This document shows, in pieces, positions 24,948-27,754 of a stretch of 27,754 nucleotides of DNA (positions within the stretch are counted from its first letter, which is position 1; every line of letters starts with the position of its first letter). The translations under genes and the position numbers were made by a program. The notes under the pieces are model-generated. The model was not told where the DNA came from and made no database searches. It saw only the letters and a list, made by a program, of their open reading frames with translations. The stretch lies in IMG/VR virus record IMGVR_UViG_3300037424_001509, positions 1 to 27,754 of that record. One strand, written 5' to 3'. The DNA comes from a virus. Taxonomy: Duplodnaviria > Caudoviricetes.

Positions 24948-27592
24948 GAACTGGCGATATCCAGATAGGTAAACCCAGTGTTCTATACAAGGGTACGGAA
25001 GCAGTCATCGAAGCTTTGACAGGAATTGTCGAAGGCGCAATTGCTTATGCTACGGATACCGATAAGCTTGGAATATACGATGGTTCGACTTGGACTTGGA
25101 GTAGTGCAATAGATTCTGTTAATGGACAGACCGGAGTCGTTGTACTAGATGCCGGAGATATTGGGGTTACGCCCATTGGGGACATCTATTCCGACAATGT
25201 ACAAGCTGCTCTGGAGGAATTGGATACAGAAAAGGCAACTGAAGCAAATGTCGTGATGGATACCGATACCGCTGGCGGTGATCTTGCCGGTACCTATCCA
25301 AATCCTGAAGTTGCAAAAGCAAGTAAGACCTTTGCATTGCCATCACAAATCAGTGATACCCATTCTGGTACAGGGACCGTAGATGATTATAATCCAGCGG
25401 GACTTGCAGATGCTGTCGTTATTGATATCACTCCGGATGCATCCTATGCTATTACTGGTATCGTAGGAGGAGTAGCAGGGCGAATCCTTATCCTGAACAA
25501 CCTTGCAAACTTTAATATAAATCTTCTAACTATAGGAGACAGTTCAGCAGAAAACAAATTTGATGTTTCTGCCGGAGGAATGCTCCGCCCATACTCATCA
25601 ATCGTGTTACGTTATGATAGCAGTATCAGTAAATGGAAAGGAATTGCTCGAAATCGTTCTCTCGTCTACGATGCTGATGTTTATTTCCAAGACAACACGA
25701 GTGGTAATGCCGATAGTGACGCTCATGGCTTCATGCCAAAACTATCAGGAGTGGAGGGTGAATATCTTGACTCCGATGGCGTGTGGACAGTTCCTCCAGC
25801 CGTGTTTAATGATGCCGAGGGCGACCCTGCGGCTATTGCCAAAACAGCAGTAGATGGTACTTCTGTTTATCCTGCACACAGAGACCATGTACATACCGGA
25901 GAGGGAACTAATATCACTTTACCCGTTGTCGGTACGCCGGATTTCAACGATATGCAGGATATGCACACTATCCATCACAGTTCTGGATTGATTGATGGGG
26001 ACGCAGTTTACATTAGCAAAATTGACGAAACGCATATAGCAGTAGCTGCGGGACAGGGTGTACTTCGTACAACCAATGATGTAAATGGTGATCTTGTATT
26101 CATTGAATGGGCGGCAGTAGCAAGTATAGAGATACCAGCTGGTTCTTCTACTGTAGATGTGGTACGCTACATAGGCATAGAATACAATGCCGGATCACCT
26201 CAGGTAACTGTTAGAACTTCCTTCGACTGGAACTGGTATACCGATTTTCCCATTGGTCGCGTTTCGCAAGATGGTACAACTCTTCGTTTCATCAACGTAT
26301 ACGCTCACACAGAAGATACAGCGAATCTTGCTCGAAGGTATAATCGTCTCACCATGCCCTATGCTCGTGAGGAGCCACCCGAAGGTTCTGGTGGTCTGGA
26401 AATTGGTGACAAGGCAACTCGTTATATCACCATGACTGCGGGCAACATTTGGCATGGTTTCAACAGATTTATTTTATCGGCTCTGGATACCAGTGGGACA
26501 GATCGTTTTGATTTGCACTACAAAAATGCAGGTGGTGGTTTCACGCATGTTGCAAATCAGCAACAGTGGCCGAACACTCAGTACGATGATGACTCAGGAA
26601 CGTTAGCGGATTTAACTGCTAATCGTTATAGTTGCCTATGGGTGTATCTAGATGTAAGTGATGGAACTCTGGATGTTTTGTATGGTTCAAGCAATGCAGT
26701 TGGCGCAGCAAATGCACAGCTTGAAACTCCTCCGGCAACTATCCCCGGACATCTCTCTGCTCATGGCAGACTGTTAGGCCGTATCATATTCCAAAAGTCA
26801 GCCAGTGCCGCTGAACTGGTAGAAAGTGCATGGACAGTTGCTTTCCATGCTTCAGCGGGAGCCTTGTCATTCAATGATGGTGAGGGCGACCCCGCCGATC
26901 TCGGAACAGTGGCAGACGGAACATCTACTTATGTAGCAAGGCGTGACCATGTTCATAGCATAGCGACAGTGATTCCCGTTGACGGATGGGTTTCTGCTGA
27001 GGAGGCCTGGACGTATGCAAGTGCAAGCACATTCACTGTATCTGGTGACGTGACTGCAAAATATCAAAAAGGTACCAAGCTGAAATGGACGCAAACAACT
27101 GTTCAGTATGGTGTCATAGCAGGATCTGTTTACTCAGCACCAAATACAATCGTAACTATCCTTGTCAATGATGACTACGTGATAGACAATGCCGCAATCA
27201 GTGCAAATTATTACAGTTACATTGAGAACCCACAGAGTTGGCCTGGATGGTTCAACTGGACGCCAACTCCGACAGGACATAGCGCAATTACAACACAGAT
27301 TGGAACATATACTACTCACGGCAACAAAATTACAATCTTCGTGAACTTAAGCGTTACATCCAACGCAACCACTTTTACGATTACCAATATGCCAGCTACC
27401 AACAATGGACCCTTTGCTTCAACTAATCCAATTGGATTAACAACTGATGCAGGCACAATTCAAACTACTCCGGGACGAGTGTCAACTGCTGCGGCTTCAG
27501 TCACGGCCACGCTTAGAAAAGATTCTGCCAATGGAGCTTGGACAAACAGTGGAACAAAAAGTGTTGTTTTCTGGACTGAGTATGAATTCTAA
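24944..27592 (+). CDS. tail fibre / receptor-binding protein
   Basis: 882 aa; SVNGQTGVVVL, NVQAALEELD and AGGDLAGTYPNP fibre motifs; two RDHVH repeats; Thr-rich C-terminal head domain. Confidence 0.8.
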   Translation: MRTGDIQIGKPSVLYKGTEAVIEALTGIVEGAIAYATDTDKLGIYDGSTWTWSSAIDSVNGQTGVVVLDAGDIGVTPIGDIYSDNVQAALEELDTEKATEANVVMDTDTAGGDLAGTYPNPEVAKASKTFALPSQISDTHSGTGTVDDYNPAGLADAVVIDITPDASYAITGIVGGVAGRILILNNLANFNINLLTIGDSSAENKFDVSAGGMLRPYSSIVLRYDSSISKWKGIARNRSLVYDADVYFQDNTSGNADSDAHGFMPKLSGVEGEYLDSDGVWTVPPAVFNDAEGDPAAIAKTAVDGTSVYPAHRDHVHTGEGTNITLPVVGTPDFNDMQDMHTIHHSSGLIDGDAVYISKIDETHIAVAAGQGVLRTTNDVNGDLVFIEWAAVASIEIPAGSSTVDVVRYIGIEYNAGSPQVTVRTSFDWNWYTDFPIGRVSQDGTTLRFINVYAHTEDTANLARRYNRLTMPYAREEPPEGSGGLEIGDKATRYITMTAGNIWHGFNRFILSALDTSGTDRFDLHYKNAGGGFTHVANQQQWPNTQYDDDSGTLADLTANRYSCLWVYLDVSDGTLDVLYGSSNAVGAANAQLETPPATIPGHLSAHGRLLGRIIFQKSASAAELVESAWTVAFHASAGALSFNDGEGDPADLGTVADGTSTYVARRDHVHSIATVIPVDGWVSAEEAWTYASASTFTVSGDVTAKYQKGTKLKWTQTTVQYGVIAGSVYSAPNTIVTILVNDDYVIDNAAISANYYSYIENPQSWPGWFNWTPTPTGHSAITTQIGTYTTHGNKITIFVNLSVTSNATTFTITNMPATNNGPFASTNPIGLTTDAGTIQTTPGRVSTAAASVTATLRKDSANGAWTNSGTKSVVFWTEYEF

Positions 27593-27600
27593 GGAGTACT

Positions 27601-27754
27601 ATGAGTATTCACCAGATTCCCGACAATGTTGATGAACAGCTTCTGTATTCTCTTGTCAAAAAGTATCTTCGGGGTATGAAACAAGTTATCTATGCAAATG
27701 GAGAGAACGCTTCTCCTACGGCTATTGAATTTGATCCTGATTTAAGTGCGCAGG
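27601..27754 (+). CDS. hypothetical protein, truncated by window end
   Basis: AAGGAG RBS, ATG 27601, open to the end: MSIHQIPDNVDEQLLYSLVKKYLRGMKQVIYANGENASPTAIEFDPDLSAQ. Confidence 0.65.
   Translation, partial: MSIHQIPDNVDEQLLYSLVKKYLRGMKQVIYANGENASPTAIEFDPDLSAQ

Larger units (their letters stand above)
1291..27754 (+). mobile_element. tailed phage (siphovirus-like) morphogenesis operon
   Basis: Co-oriented, tightly coupled terminase-portal-head-neck-tail-fibre gene order; no host genes visible. Confidence 0.95.

Noticed and set aside
1494-27319. Minus-strand and alternate-frame ORFs in the track
   Set aside because: Nearly all are shadows of well-supported + strand genes, with no recognisable motifs or RBS.
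24944-27592. Diversity-generating retroelement target
   Set aside because: No reverse transcriptase and no TR/VR pair differing only at adenines was seen in the window.
1-27754. tRNA/rRNA genes, lysis cassette, integrase, tail sheath
   Set aside because: None recognised; the 391-aa lipoprotein is far too large and beta-helical to be an o-spanin.

Overview
The window is the packaging and morphogenesis (late) region of a tailed dsDNA phage or prophage, with all credible genes on the + strand. The order is: about 1.25 kb of repeat-rich non-coding DNA, probable small terminase, a lipoprotein with a beta-helix, large terminase, two glycosyltransferase-like genes, then a Mu-like head module (DUF935/gp29-type portal, gpF-like, gpI-like protease/scaffold, decoration protein, gpT-like major capsid). 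Next come neck genes, a non-contractile tail (tube, chaperone with a -1 frameshift, tape measure, Dit, hub) and modular tail-fibre/receptor-binding genes, ending in a truncated ORF. The most unusual content is a carbohydrate-active set inserted in the packaging operon: a sialyltransferase-fold (GT29/GT42/Maf-like) enzyme, a GT-B enzyme and a membrane-anchored beta-helix putative depolymerase, alongside an Asp-box propeller at the tail tip. Also notable is a dense array of TTTGTTAAGGTT and related repeats around terS. All protein calls come from motif recognition and gene order; no database search was run.
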